DNA of 64,000 nucleotides, taken from NCBI GenBank assembly GCA_900772775.1, contig CAAGRW010000134.1:6866-70865 (forward strand), read 5' to 3'. A program made the position numbers and the translations under genes. This document shows, piece by piece, positions 49,691-59,168 of the stretch (the first letter of the stretch is position 1; each line of letters starts with the position of its first letter). A model generated the notes under the pieces. That model did no database searches. It was not told where the DNA came from and saw nothing but the letters and a program-made list of their open reading frames with translations. This DNA is from Candidatus Rifleibacteriota bacterium. Lineage in GTDB: Bacteria > Vulcanimicrobiota > Xenobia > Xenobiales > Xenobiaceae.

Positions 49691-52012
49691 ATGCGCACCG
49701 CTATTCGCAAAAAGCTCTTAATCGTAGTTTCCTTGGCTGCTTTGATTGTCTCTTGGCTGGCTTTGGATTTGGTAGATCGCAACTGTCGCTTGCACGTGAG
49801 CAAGCTATTTAATGAAGCGGGCAAAGATACAGCCCGCGCTTTAGCTACTAGCGATAAACGCGCCTATGATATGCGTTCGAGCATGATGCATACGGTGCTG
49901 ACTTCTTTGGAAACTGTCACTGAAGTAGTCAATTCTTTTCCCGGCATAGAAAAGAATCACGCTGCTTTGGACGGCTTGCGCAGCAGTTTAGGTATCAGTC
50001 GTATCGATATTATCGATGCGGCTCAATGGAAAATTATAGTTAGCTCCGATAAGCAATTAGATGGAGCCCCTGTACAAGTTGACAGGCCCGCCCCTTTGCA
50101 AGATAGCAATCCCGATTTTAGCGCTTTTGTCAGCAGTATGGGCAGTTACCATCCGGTCGATTATGTTACCGATAGACACAATCGCGACTTGTTGCTTTTC
50201 TATAGCGAACTTAAGCGCAAAGGGCGAGTCTTGCGTTTGGGCTTCAATGCCGTCAGTTTTAAAAATACCTACAATGTGGCCGAACACGAGTTGGTAACAG
50301 GCAGCTTGCCGCTGGGCGAGCATGGCGGCGTCGATGTCGTTTCCCAAAATGGTGTGATCGTCAATTGCGTAAATAAAGAATTTATCGGCACGCCCTTTGC
50401 CGAAGTCTACCCAGGGCTTGATTTCAGCCATTTCAAGGCCGGCCAATTGATAAAAGCCAACCGTCGCGGCACGGTGAGCTATTGCACTTTCTACACTACG
50501 CAATACGGCTACATTATGGTGCCCTTTATGCCTGCGGCGGAAGTTTATGCCACGCGAACGACCATTTTGGAAGTTATGCTTACCGGCTTTTTGATTATTT
50601 TGGCCGCTATCTTTTTTAGCACTTCCCGCATTGTCAAAAAGGTTATTCTGGATGGTTTAGAGCGTATCAATGCTTCCTTAGCCAAAATTGAAGCTGGCGA
50701 TTTGGAAGAAAAAGTAAACGAAACGAGTTATCCTGAGTTTTGTGTGCTAAGCCAAGGTATCAATTCCACAGTAGATGCTTTGAAGCAACTTATGGAAAGC
50801 CAGTCGGCCTACGACGCCGAGCAAATGAATTTGGCGCGCACTATTCAGCTCTCTTGTTTGCCCAAGTTTTTCCCCACTTATCCCGAGCTTAAACAGCTTG
50901 ATCTTTGTGCTCGTACTTCACCAGCTCAAGAAGTAGGCGGAGATTTTTACGATTATTTCCGCATTAAAGACAATTTGTATTGCGTCATTATTGCCGATGT
51001 TTCCGAACATGGCATTCCGGCCGCTCTAATGATGATGACAGCCAAAACTGCTTTGCATGATGCTATTTTATCTGGCGATACGCTCGAACACTGTATGGAG
51101 AGTGTCAACTTCTCACTGTGTGAAAATAACAGCACTTGCATGTTCGTGACCGCTTTTGCCGCTACCGTCAATACCGAAACTGGCGAATTTCGCTTTGTCA
51201 ATGCTGGCCACTGTCGCCCTCTGTTGCGCCGTCGCGACGGCATTTGGCATTCGGTAAAGATTGGCTCCGGCATGGTGCTTGGCGGTATGGACAATTTGAG
51301 CTATTCGGCCGAGAGTTGGTTCCTGGAAGAAGGCGATCGTGTTTTCTTATATACAGATGGCGTTACCGAAGCTATTAACGAAAAAGGCGAGATGTTCGGT
51401 TTGGGTGGCTTAGAGGTAGTATTAAATCGCCCTGCTTGCGACAATTACGATCCCGCTTCTCTAATAAATTTAGTGCACGACGAATTGGACAAGTTTGCTC
51501 AAAATTCCACTTTGGAAGATGATGTGACTATGGTGGCCTTGGAATATTATGGCCGCCGCCCTCGGGCTCGTTTCCTTCAGGTGCCGGCTTTAAGTGAAAA
51601 GTTGGACGATGTACTCAACTTTATAGACAATTTGTTGGACGAAACAGAACTTGATTTAGAAACTCTCAAACAAGTAAAAAGCTCTATGGCTACTGCAGTT
51701 GACGATATTTTTACCAATATCGTGAATTATGCCGGCCAGGGACGTCAGGAAACGGTCACTGTCACTGTGCGAGCCGAAATTCAAGCCTATCCTTACCAAT
51801 TGGTCGTGCACTTTATAGATAATGGCCATCCTTACGATCCTACGGCTGTTTCCGCTCCCAATGTAGATTTAGGTTTCCAAGAGCGTTGCTGCGGCGGTTT
51901 GGGCATATTCTTGGTGAAAAAGCTGACCGATCAAATGACTTATCGCTATACGGAAGGTTGCAACATCCTTCGTTTAGCTAAAAAATTAGAAAAAGCGGAA
52001 GAAAAAAACTAG
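49691..52012 (+). CDS. Membrane sensor: TM / extracytoplasmic domain / TM, then HAMP, a PP2C (SpoIIE/RsbU-type) phosphatase, and a C-terminal GHKL (RsbW/SpoIIAB-like) serine-kinase domain
   Basis: HAMP: LERINASLAKIEAGDLEEKVNETSYPEFCVLSQGINSTVDALKQL. PP2C: QEVGGDFYDYF...VIIADVSEHGIPAALMM...FLYTDGVTEA. HATPase_c: ...VRAEIQAYPYQLVVHFIDNGHPYDP...CCGGLGIFLVKKLTDQMTY... Confidence 0.75.
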   Translation: MRTAIRKKLLIVVSLAALIVSWLALDLVDRNCRLHVSKLFNEAGKDTARALATSDKRAYDMRSSMMHTVLTSLETVTEVVNSFPGIEKNHAALDGLRSSLGISRIDIIDAAQWKIIVSSDKQLDGAPVQVDRPAPLQDSNPDFSAFVSSMGSYHPVDYVTDRHNRDLLLFYSELKRKGRVLRLGFNAVSFKNTYNVAEHELVTGSLPLGEHGGVDVVSQNGVIVNCVNKEFIGTPFAEVYPGLDFSHFKAGQLIKANRRGTVSYCTFYTTQYGYIMVPFMPAAEVYATRTTILEVMLTGFLIILAAIFFSTSRIVKKVILDGLERINASLAKIEAGDLEEKVNETSYPEFCVLSQGINSTVDALKQLMESQSAYDAEQMNLARTIQLSCLPKFFPTYPELKQLDLCARTSPAQEVGGDFYDYFRIKDNLYCVIIADVSEHGIPAALMMMTAKTALHDAILSGDTLEHCMESVNFSLCENNSTCMFVTAFAATVNTETGEFRFVNAGHCRPLLRRRDGIWHSVKIGSGMVLGGMDNLSYSAESWFLEEGDRVFLYTDGVTEAINEKGEMFGLGGLEVVLNRPACDNYDPASLINLVHDELDKFAQNSTLEDDVTMVALEYYGRRPRARFLQVPALSEKLDDVLNFIDNLLDETELDLETLKQVKSSMATAVDDIFTNIVNYAGQGRQETVTVTVRAEIQAYPYQLVVHFIDNGHPYDPTAVSAPNVDLGFQERCCGGLGIFLVKKLTDQMTYRYTEGCNILRLAKKLEKAEEKN

Positions 52013-52030
52013 CCGCACTTTGTCAAAAAT

Positions 52031-53323
52031 ATGGCTTCAGAAGATAATTATAACGAAAACAATGTCTCTCCCTTGACGGCGGCTTTGCTTACTTTGCTTA
52101 TTGGAGGCTTAGTCTGGTTGGGAGCTTCATTTTTTGATAATCTCACCAATTATGGCAGTCAGCCCCAGCCTGATCCTGTCAATTTGATGGCTTCGGGCAA
52201 TACTGAAGAAAATTTCTATAGTCCTGGACGGGCCAAGAGACGAGCCAATTTTTTCTTGCGCCGTCAAGGCGACGAAGCAGAAATGTCCTCTGCAGAAAAA
52301 GAACTTTTGGAAGAAGAAGATCGCACTAAAGAGCGCGATAAAGAAGATAGAGAAGAAGCTAGGCAAGGGCAAAATAGCAGCTCCGGTAATGACGACTTAG
52401 CTCAATCTCTCCAAGCTGTGCAATCTTCTGGAGCCGGTTGGGGAGAAGGTGGAGGGACTACTTCCGCTATTAGTCCTGTTTCTCCCGACGGTTTGAAACT
52501 TTCCGGCATTATGTTGGGTAGCGGCTCTGGCATTGCCGTTATCGAATATAACGGCACTTCCTACACAAAATCGGAAGGGCAAAAGATTGGCCGTTACACT
52601 GTGTCCAAAATTCTTTCTGACCGGGTAGTTGTAGAAGATGGAGTCAACAATTTTACTTTGGGGCTTAGCTCTTCCGGAAGTTCCGATTTAGCTTCTTCGG
52701 CAGGCGCAAGCCTTTCTTCAAACGGCCATCCTGTTTTGCCCGATCCCGGACAAGTGCCGCCACCTTCAGCACCGGTAGTAAAAGCCAAAACTGCTTTCAA
52801 AAATGAAGCTTCCTTAGCGCCTTCAGCTCTTTCAGAATACGAAGAAGAAAATGTTGAAACTGCCTCCGGAAATGCGTCTTCAGTGCCTGTGCCCAGCAAA
52901 ATTGATGTTTACGATTTAGCTCAAGAGCGCCGCGCCGAAGAAGAAAAAAAAGCTGACAGTTTGTATGCGCCTAAGGGAGCGGCCAAGGCTAAAGTAAAAT
53001 TGCCTAAAGCTAACCCTACGCCTGTGCGTCCTACTCGCGAAGAAATTGAAAAATATTTGCAGCGCGGCGCGGCCATCATTTCTGAAATTAAAGTGCAACC
53101 CGATGCCAGCGGTTTAGGCGTCAAAGTTAAGTTTGTACAAGAAGATAACGTATTGCACCGTTTAGGCATAAAAGATGGCGACGTTATCACCAGAGTAAAT
53201 AATAAAACTATTTTAAATAGCGAAGAATTGTTTAATTCAGTGCTCAATATTAGCGAAATGCCTTTCGTCAATATTGAATACAAACGCCAAGGCCAAACTG
53301 ATACTTTAATTTACGATTTATAA
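52031..53323 (+). CDS. gspC: GspC-like T2SS inner-membrane protein (TM, HR/PilP-like domain, C-terminal PDZ-like domain)
   Basis: TM LTAALLTLLIGGLVWLGASFF. HR-like LKLSGIMLGSGSGIAVIEYNGTSYTKSEGQKIGRYTVSKILSDRVVVEDG. C-terminal GVKVKFVQEDNVLHRLGIKDGDVITRVNNKTILNSEELFNSVL (PDZ-like). Confidence 0.55.
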   Translation: MASEDNYNENNVSPLTAALLTLLIGGLVWLGASFFDNLTNYGSQPQPDPVNLMASGNTEENFYSPGRAKRRANFFLRRQGDEAEMSSAEKELLEEEDRTKERDKEDREEARQGQNSSSGNDDLAQSLQAVQSSGAGWGEGGGTTSAISPVSPDGLKLSGIMLGSGSGIAVIEYNGTSYTKSEGQKIGRYTVSKILSDRVVVEDGVNNFTLGLSSSGSSDLASSAGASLSSNGHPVLPDPGQVPPPSAPVVKAKTAFKNEASLAPSALSEYEEENVETASGNASSVPVPSKIDVYDLAQERRAEEEKKADSLYAPKGAAKAKVKLPKANPTPVRPTREEIEKYLQRGAAIISEIKVQPDASGLGVKVKFVQEDNVLHRLGIKDGDVITRVNNKTILNSEELFNSVLNISEMPFVNIEYKRQGQTDTLIYDL

Positions 53324-53432
53324 AACGGGCCGCGTCGCTAGCAGCTTTGGGCCGCTACTCATTTAGGCTCACTCAAAATGGACGGGCTTTTTAGCAGGAG
53401 CCGCCCCTTGAAAGACAAATTACCTACGCCCT

Positions 53433-54722
53433 ATGGGTACGTTTTATAAGACAGCTCTCAGCCTGGCCGTTACAGCCGGCATTGGTTTCTCTCTCTGCGC
53501 TCCTTGTTTGGCCGAGCCTTGCGTTTCGGCTGAAGGACGTCTTGTAGCCGCTTCTTACGGCGTGAAAAAATACGATCGCGCTTCCAAAGCTAAAAAGGCG
53601 CCTAATTCAGCCAAGAAAAATATTGCACAAGATCAGTCGGTGCAAGCTTTAAACGAGATGCGTTTAGTCTCGCGTTGGTTTGCTGCTGCTTACGATATTC
53701 CGGCTCGCGTGCCCGAAGAAATGTTTTTAGCTGGCTATACCTATAGCGACGCTATTGTGGCTCTTTCGCTGATGGATGCGGGCGCTTCCTTAAATGAAGT
53801 ATTGGAGCAAAGGCGCAACCATCGCTGGGATGAAGTAGCCGCTTCAGTTGGTATCGAGCCTTCTTCTTTACCTAAGCCGGTCATCAAAGTAATGAATACT
53901 CAAAATGGCAATAGACCTTTAGAGTATGTCCATTTTACTCCCGATGTTCGCTCCGGCTTAGCTAGTCGTTTGCATTTGCCTTCTTTTTCTCCCACTGTGC
54001 CGGATCCCGTAGCTGTCGAACGTTTCCGTCTGTCTAAGAGCGATATTGCCAATATCAGAAAAGCCTTAGAAAATGTCAACGACTTAGATGAAGCCACTTT
54101 GCGCTTGCCTGCCGGTCGCTCTTTAAAAGTGGGCGATTGGGTCATTGCCGGCGTTCTCTCTAAATATAAGCCTTTCCCTATAGATACTATTCTCTCAGTT
54201 CGCACTGGCGAAGTAGTAGAGTGGGGCGATGTGGCCGCTATGTTTAGCGTCGATCCCAGCATTTTTGTAGAAGGCCCCTTGGCTCCCATTTATGGCGCTT
54301 TAGTCGAAGGTGAAAATTATGCTACTTTGTCGAGCTTGCGTCGCTCTTCTTATCCAGATGCCCTTAACAATATCTATGCCTTAAACAATGTAGAAGGCGC
54401 CGAGTTGCAAGCTTTGGGCTGGCTCATGAGTCTCTACTACAAAGAAACCGACGAAGAGAGGGCTTTACTCAATTCTTACGGCCTTTCTTTTGCCGATCAG
54501 GCTTTGTCTTTAGCTGTAGCTCGTATGGCTTTTGCCGATGTTAACGAAATCGCCAACCGTATTCGTCATGGAGCCAATTGGCAATATTTAATCGACTACT
54601 ATAAGTTAGACATGACCGGCCAAGATGTAGTGATGGCTGCTGCCGTAAGTCGCGACCAAGCTCGTTTCCCCGAAACTCCTTCGACAGATTCTAAGTCTGT
54701 GCGCAGTAAGCGCTTCAATTAG
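53433..54722 (+). CDS. Secreted hypothetical protein inside the T2SS-like cluster
   Basis: Signal peptide ALSLAVTAGIGFSLCAPCLAEP. 429 aa with no recognisable family. Confidence 0.5.
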   Translation: MGTFYKTALSLAVTAGIGFSLCAPCLAEPCVSAEGRLVAASYGVKKYDRASKAKKAPNSAKKNIAQDQSVQALNEMRLVSRWFAAAYDIPARVPEEMFLAGYTYSDAIVALSLMDAGASLNEVLEQRRNHRWDEVAASVGIEPSSLPKPVIKVMNTQNGNRPLEYVHFTPDVRSGLASRLHLPSFSPTVPDPVAVERFRLSKSDIANIRKALENVNDLDEATLRLPAGRSLKVGDWVIAGVLSKYKPFPIDTILSVRTGEVVEWGDVAAMFSVDPSIFVEGPLAPIYGALVEGENYATLSSLRRSSYPDALNNIYALNNVEGAELQALGWLMSLYYKETDEERALLNSYGLSFADQALSLAVARMAFADVNEIANRIRHGANWQYLIDYYKLDMTGQDVVMAAAVSRDQARFPETPSTDSKSVRSKRFN

Positions 54723-54730
54723 GAAAGACC

Positions 54731-55144
54731 TTGAACAGGCTGCTAACTAGAAAAAATAGTGAAAGGGGAGGCAAGCTGGGCTTTTCGCTTTTGGAAGTGC
54801 TCATTTCGTTAGGCTTGGTCTCTATGGTCTTCGGCAGCTTAATTGGGGGCTTTTGCCAGCATGTGCAGCGTGTCGCTCGCCTGGGCCCCTTCTATCGCAA
54901 TCTGATCGTGGCTTCCGTAGGTTTGGAAAAAAGCATGGCCAAGAGAAATGACGGCGAGACCGATTCTATAGATGATATTGAATATAAAGTCACCGTCGGA
55001 GCCATGCCTTCCGATCCGCGTATCGACCAGATAGAAAGCAAAGTTAGCAGCAATCGTCCGGGACATAGCGCTGTAGTTAAGGCTTATCGCTTGCGTCAGG
55101 TCAGTTCTGCTTCATCTTCTTCGGGCACTTCTTCCGGCACCTAG
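54731..55144 (+). CDS. Minor pseudopilin (GspI/GspH-like) with a type IV prepilin leader
   Basis: ...GGKLG|FSLLEVLISLGLVSMVFG: Gly-Phe cleavage site, Glu+5, hydrophobic helix. TTG start with AGGAAAG RBS. Confidence 0.65.
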   Translation: MNRLLTRKNSERGGKLGFSLLEVLISLGLVSMVFGSLIGGFCQHVQRVARLGPFYRNLIVASVGLEKSMAKRNDGETDSIDDIEYKVTVGAMPSDPRIDQIESKVSSNRPGHSAVVKAYRLRQVSSASSSSGTSSGT

Positions 55145-55162
55145 TCAGAAATTTTTTTATTC

Positions 55163-55966
55163 ATGTTTAAAGCCAGCTTCAGTGCAAAAAATACAGCCTT
55201 GCTTTTAAGACGACATTCCGGCGGCTTCACTTTGCTTGAACTTATGCTGGTTATGGGGCTGGCCACTTTAGTTTATTCACTGATTTCCTACATGACCATT
55301 CAGATGAATAATACGGTGCGCCATTCGCAAGTAGCTTTCAAACGCCAAGAATTGATTATCGAAACGGCTGAGCGTTTGCGCTGGCAATTGCGTTGTCTTT
55401 ATGATCGCGTACCGGAAAGCTCTTCTTCTGAAGCTCCTGCCAGCCATACCAATCCTCCCACTTTGCTTAAATCGGCTCTCTATGGCAAAAGCCTAGGTGA
55501 AAAAGGGAAAGATGTACTCCTTTTCAAGACTACCTATTTCCCTTTGCGAGTTAAAAACAGCGGTACTGCTGAAGTGGGCTACAAAATTATGAGCGATTCT
55601 TCCGGAAGCTTCTCTCTTACCGAGCCGGTAAAAACAGATGACGATAAGTTGCGCTCTCTGGAAGCTGCCGATTTTATTAGCTCTAATCAAAACGCTGAAA
55701 GTAAAAACTACTTGGCTTACCGGCAGTACCCTTGGGCCGATCCTTTGGGCTTACACGATGTTGGCGACGATAGTCAGGTGCCTTGGGAAAAGTTAAGCTC
55801 AGAAATTATCGGTATGGAAATACGCTTTTCCGATGATTTAGAAATTTGGCAGCAAGATTGGACAGGCGAAGGGGTGCCCAAGTGGGTGGAAGTTACTTTT
55901 GAACTTAAACGCGGCGAGCCTTTAGTCTTCATTACCGGCCCTGTAGTAGCGGCCGATCGCTGGTAG
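55163..55966 (+). CDS. Minor pseudopilin (GspJ-like)
   Basis: ...RRHSGG|FTLLELMLVMGLATLVYSLISY prepilin signal. The start is either the ATG at 55163 or the in-frame TTG at 55199. Confidence 0.6.
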   Translation: MFKASFSAKNTALLLRRHSGGFTLLELMLVMGLATLVYSLISYMTIQMNNTVRHSQVAFKRQELIIETAERLRWQLRCLYDRVPESSSSEAPASHTNPPTLLKSALYGKSLGEKGKDVLLFKTTYFPLRVKNSGTAEVGYKIMSDSSGSFSLTEPVKTDDDKLRSLEAADFISSNQNAESKNYLAYRQYPWADPLGLHDVGDDSQVPWEKLSSEIIGMEIRFSDDLEIWQQDWTGEGVPKWVEVTFELKRGEPLVFITGPVVAADRW

Positions 55967-55978
55967 GGGGCAACGATT

Positions 55979-57118
55979 ATGGTTTTAATGGCAGTTTTGG
56001 GAGCTATTTTGGTCGCTTTAGTTATTGCTGCCAAAATGAGCGAAGTGGGCGTCGACGCCCAAAACCTAATAAACTACACTTCAGCTAGAGAAAACAATTA
56101 CCAGATCGCTCGTTCGGCTGCCGAAATGGGCTTCGAGCTTCTTAAAGCCGACAATGGCGATACCGACAGCTTAAACGATATGTGGGCTGCTGGTTCCGTC
56201 ACTATGGAGTGGGAAGGCAAAAACGTTATCATCAGTATCATTGACGAAGAGAGCAAGTTTCCTCTCAGCGCTATGCAAAAAGCTCCTGATAATTGCGAAT
56301 ATTTGGAAAAAGGCTTGGTGCGTCTTTTTGAAAATGGCGGTTTGGGCTGCGGCGAAGAAGCCAAAGATCGCTTTCTCGATTGGGTAGATCCCGATTCTCA
56401 AAGGCGCAACCAAGGCGGCGAAGTTAGCGATTATGATGAACTGACTATAAAAGATGCTCCGGTCGATTCTTTGCAAGAAATTTTGAATTTGCCCGGTTGG
56501 GATAAAGGCCCCTCGTATGCTTCGGCCCGAGCTCAAAACAGTTTGCAAAGCGTTATGGGATCTGTTTCCGCTGGTAGTTCAGCTACTTTAAGCCAGGCGG
56601 CCGCCCAATCTTCAACCGAGAGCCAAAATACGGCTGCAAGCAATACCTCTGCCAACAACGGCCAATTTAGCAAGTTCGGATCTGACAATTCAAGCCAAAC
56701 TACTGCCAATTCAGAAGATGAAGGCTACAAATTAGATGTACCTTCAGCCCAAACTCAAGGCGGCACTGCCACTACTCCCTGGGAAGAATGGGTCAGCGTC
56801 GATTCTAATGGCAAAATCAATATCAATACCGCTCCCAAAGAAGTGCTTCTGGCTTTGGATGAAAGTATGAGCCAAGTGTTGGTAGATGAAATCGACTCTA
56901 AGCGCCGCTCTGAAGCTTTCAAAAAAGTAGACGATTTGCACAACGTTACCGGCATGGACGCCGATTTGCTTTTCCGTATCCAGGATTATTTGTGCGTTAA
57001 AAGTTCTACTTTTAGTATCGATGTAACGGTTCTGTCCACTCCCGGACGCATAAAGTTGCACAGTGTAGTCAGCCGTGAAAGCGGCGCTATAAAAATTTTG
57101 CGCTGGGAAATACGCTAA
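55979..57118 (+). CDS. gspK: GspK-like pseudopilin
   Basis: Non-canonical N-terminal hydrophobic segment AVLGAILVALVIAAKMSE and a C-terminal helix-hairpin-helix KININTAPKEVLLAL characteristic of GspK. TAGGGGG RBS. Confidence 0.6.
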   Translation: MVLMAVLGAILVALVIAAKMSEVGVDAQNLINYTSARENNYQIARSAAEMGFELLKADNGDTDSLNDMWAAGSVTMEWEGKNVIISIIDEESKFPLSAMQKAPDNCEYLEKGLVRLFENGGLGCGEEAKDRFLDWVDPDSQRRNQGGEVSDYDELTIKDAPVDSLQEILNLPGWDKGPSYASARAQNSLQSVMGSVSAGSSATLSQAAAQSSTESQNTAASNTSANNGQFSKFGSDNSSQTTANSEDEGYKLDVPSAQTQGGTATTPWEEWVSVDSNGKININTAPKEVLLALDESMSQVLVDEIDSKRRSEAFKKVDDLHNVTGMDADLLFRIQDYLCVKSSTFSIDVTVLSTPGRIKLHSVVSRESGAIKILRWEIR

Positions 57119-57416
57119 AAATTTCTTGGCGCTGGATCTTTTTGCCATTAGGCAAAAAATAGGGCAGGAAGGGAAACAATCGGGGAGAACCAAGGCCATG
57201 TAGAATAAAGTCTGCACGCCATATTGTTTAACTTTCTTTATATAACCAACTTCAGGTTCTCTTCACGGAAGTACATTTTTTTTACTATGTGGAGGAACTT
57301 GTTATCTTACATGGAAAAACCGCTGGAAATAAGGCTGATGTTCTCGCAAAGCATCTCCTTGAAGTAAACCCTACAAACTTTCAAAGGTTTTTCTCGAAAG
57401 GGATTTGTTACTAAAC

Positions 57417-58922
57417 ATGACTAACAAGAACACGTTTCGTTTTGCTACTTTCGCTGCAGTAGCCAGCTTAGGTTTAGGCTTGATGATCTCCGGCTGCGGT
57501 GATGGCGGCTCCACTACTCCTAACCCCTTAAACGCCAAATTCGGCCAAGTCACTTTCAACTACAACGTATTGGCTCAGACCACTGCTAGAGCCGATATCG
57601 CTGAAAATATCGCCACTGTAAAATACGTTTTCTTCGGTGTAGAAAATGGCGCTCGCTTCATGGAAGAGCCCGTTGCTTACAATTTCACTCACGGTGAAAA
57701 AGATGCCGAGACCGATGTTACCGTTAAGAACGTCAATCTCGATGCTTCCGGCGTAATCGCTGCCTACTACGACAAAGATGGCAACCTCGTTGCTATGGGC
57801 GAAGATGTTATCGAATTCGATGCCGAAGGTAAAGAAGTTGTCGAGACTCCCGAAGTAACCGACTTCGCTAACGCTACCTACAGCATGACCGCTAGCCAGT
57901 ACGTTATCGCTCCTAAGGACGAAACCGTTATCGGTCTTACCGCCGTTGCCGGTGACAAGACTTACAACGTAACTCCTTTCGTAACCATCAGTGGTATCGA
58001 CGAAGCTATCTTGGCTTATGTCCAGGATACCAACCAAGGCGCTACCTACCAGGGCGCTGAGTACGGCACCATCGCCGCCAACACCATTAAGGCTACTGTA
58101 AACGGCACCGAGTATGCTATCGACAAGCCCATCTACGTAACCGACCAGACCCCCAACGCCATCAAGATTGTGGCCGACCAGGTTGACGGTAAAGACGTAA
58201 CCACCGTTGCCGCTACCGAAGAAGCCAACGAAGCCCTCACCGTAGTATTGGCCGGTGAAAAGAGCATTCTCGCTAACGAGAAAGCCGTAGAGCTCACTGC
58301 TGAAGGCAAAGACGCTCTCTACTATGCCGTAAACGAGCAGCCTATCGCCGTTATCGCTACCGGTTACACCAACGTAGAGGGTAAAGGCCCGCAGCCCGAA
58401 GGTATTGAGAGCGAAATCGAAGACCTCAGCAAGATCACCCTCGTTTCCGGCACCGAAGCTACCGCTAAGGCCGAAGGTTTGAACCTCATCGCCGCTGCCG
58501 AAGGTAACACCGTCGTCACCGCTACTTACAAAGTAGACGACGAAACCACCGTCGAGAGCACCAACAAGTTGGACGTCAAAGTTGTCGGCGCTGACGAGAA
58601 CCTCGCTTTCTCCAACACTGAGACCAAAGCTTTCATGACTGATGTCAAAGTAGACGCTGAAAAAGACCAGACCTTCACCATGGCTGTTGCCGGTAAAGCT
58701 ACTTTAGACGTAGACGCTACTTCTTACGTCAGCGCTCCTATCGAGTACACCGCTGAGGAGTATCCCGCCATCGTAGCCGTTACCGAAGAAGGTATCACTT
58801 ACGCTCAGACCGAGGGTAAGAACGAGTACACTCTCACCGTGGCCAAGACCGCTGCTCCTGAAGAAGCTGTCGAAATCACCGTTGATGCTACTTCCTTCGA
58901 CTCTATCGAAGTTACCAAGTAG
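57417..58922 (+). CDS. Surface lipoprotein, paralog 1 of a four-member tandem family
   Basis: Lipobox LMISGC, then conserved FNYNVLA, TVKYVFFG and AAYYDKDGNLVAMG motifs shared with the downstream paralogs. ATG at 57417; an in-frame TTG at 57405 is also possible. Confidence 0.7.
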   Translation: MTNKNTFRFATFAAVASLGLGLMISGCGDGGSTTPNPLNAKFGQVTFNYNVLAQTTARADIAENIATVKYVFFGVENGARFMEEPVAYNFTHGEKDAETDVTVKNVNLDASGVIAAYYDKDGNLVAMGEDVIEFDAEGKEVVETPEVTDFANATYSMTASQYVIAPKDETVIGLTAVAGDKTYNVTPFVTISGIDEAILAYVQDTNQGATYQGAEYGTIAANTIKATVNGTEYAIDKPIYVTDQTPNAIKIVADQVDGKDVTTVAATEEANEALTVVLAGEKSILANEKAVELTAEGKDALYYAVNEQPIAVIATGYTNVEGKGPQPEGIESEIEDLSKITLVSGTEATAKAEGLNLIAAAEGNTVVTATYKVDDETTVESTNKLDVKVVGADENLAFSNTETKAFMTDVKVDAEKDQTFTMAVAGKATLDVDATSYVSAPIEYTAEEYPAIVAVTEEGITYAQTEGKNEYTLTVAKTAAPEEAVEITVDATSFDSIEVTK

Positions 58923-58983
58923 TAATTTCTACTTACACTTCATCTAGGTTGAGTTTGTAGCTTAGCCTAGTTTGAACTGAGAA

Positions 58984-59022
58984 TAGCCTCCGGCTTCTAC
59001 TGAAGCTGGAGGCTATTTTTTT
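58984..59022 (+). terminator. Rho-independent terminator
   Basis: 14-bp stem TAGCCTCCGGCTTC/GAAGCTGGAGGCTA followed by TTTTTTT. Confidence 0.7.
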
Positions 59023-59168
59023 GCTTTATTGTGTGAAGTTTTTTTTATAAAAAAGTAAAAAATGCCGAAAAAAGGACGTTTCTCTTTTGCTGGTGAAAAA
59101 AGCTAGGAGCGTCCGCTGTGAAGCGGTTCTGGCTATTTTTTCTAACGAAAGGTTTTGTCTTTTTACAT

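Noticed and set aside
57371-57559. Minus-strand ORFs 57371..57559 and 59045..59275 with near-identical products (...PQPEIIKPKPKLATAAKVAKRNVFLL...)
   Set aside because: They are mirror images of the duplicated lipoprotein 5' regions (signal-peptide DNA read antisense). Their similarity reflects the plus-strand gene duplication.
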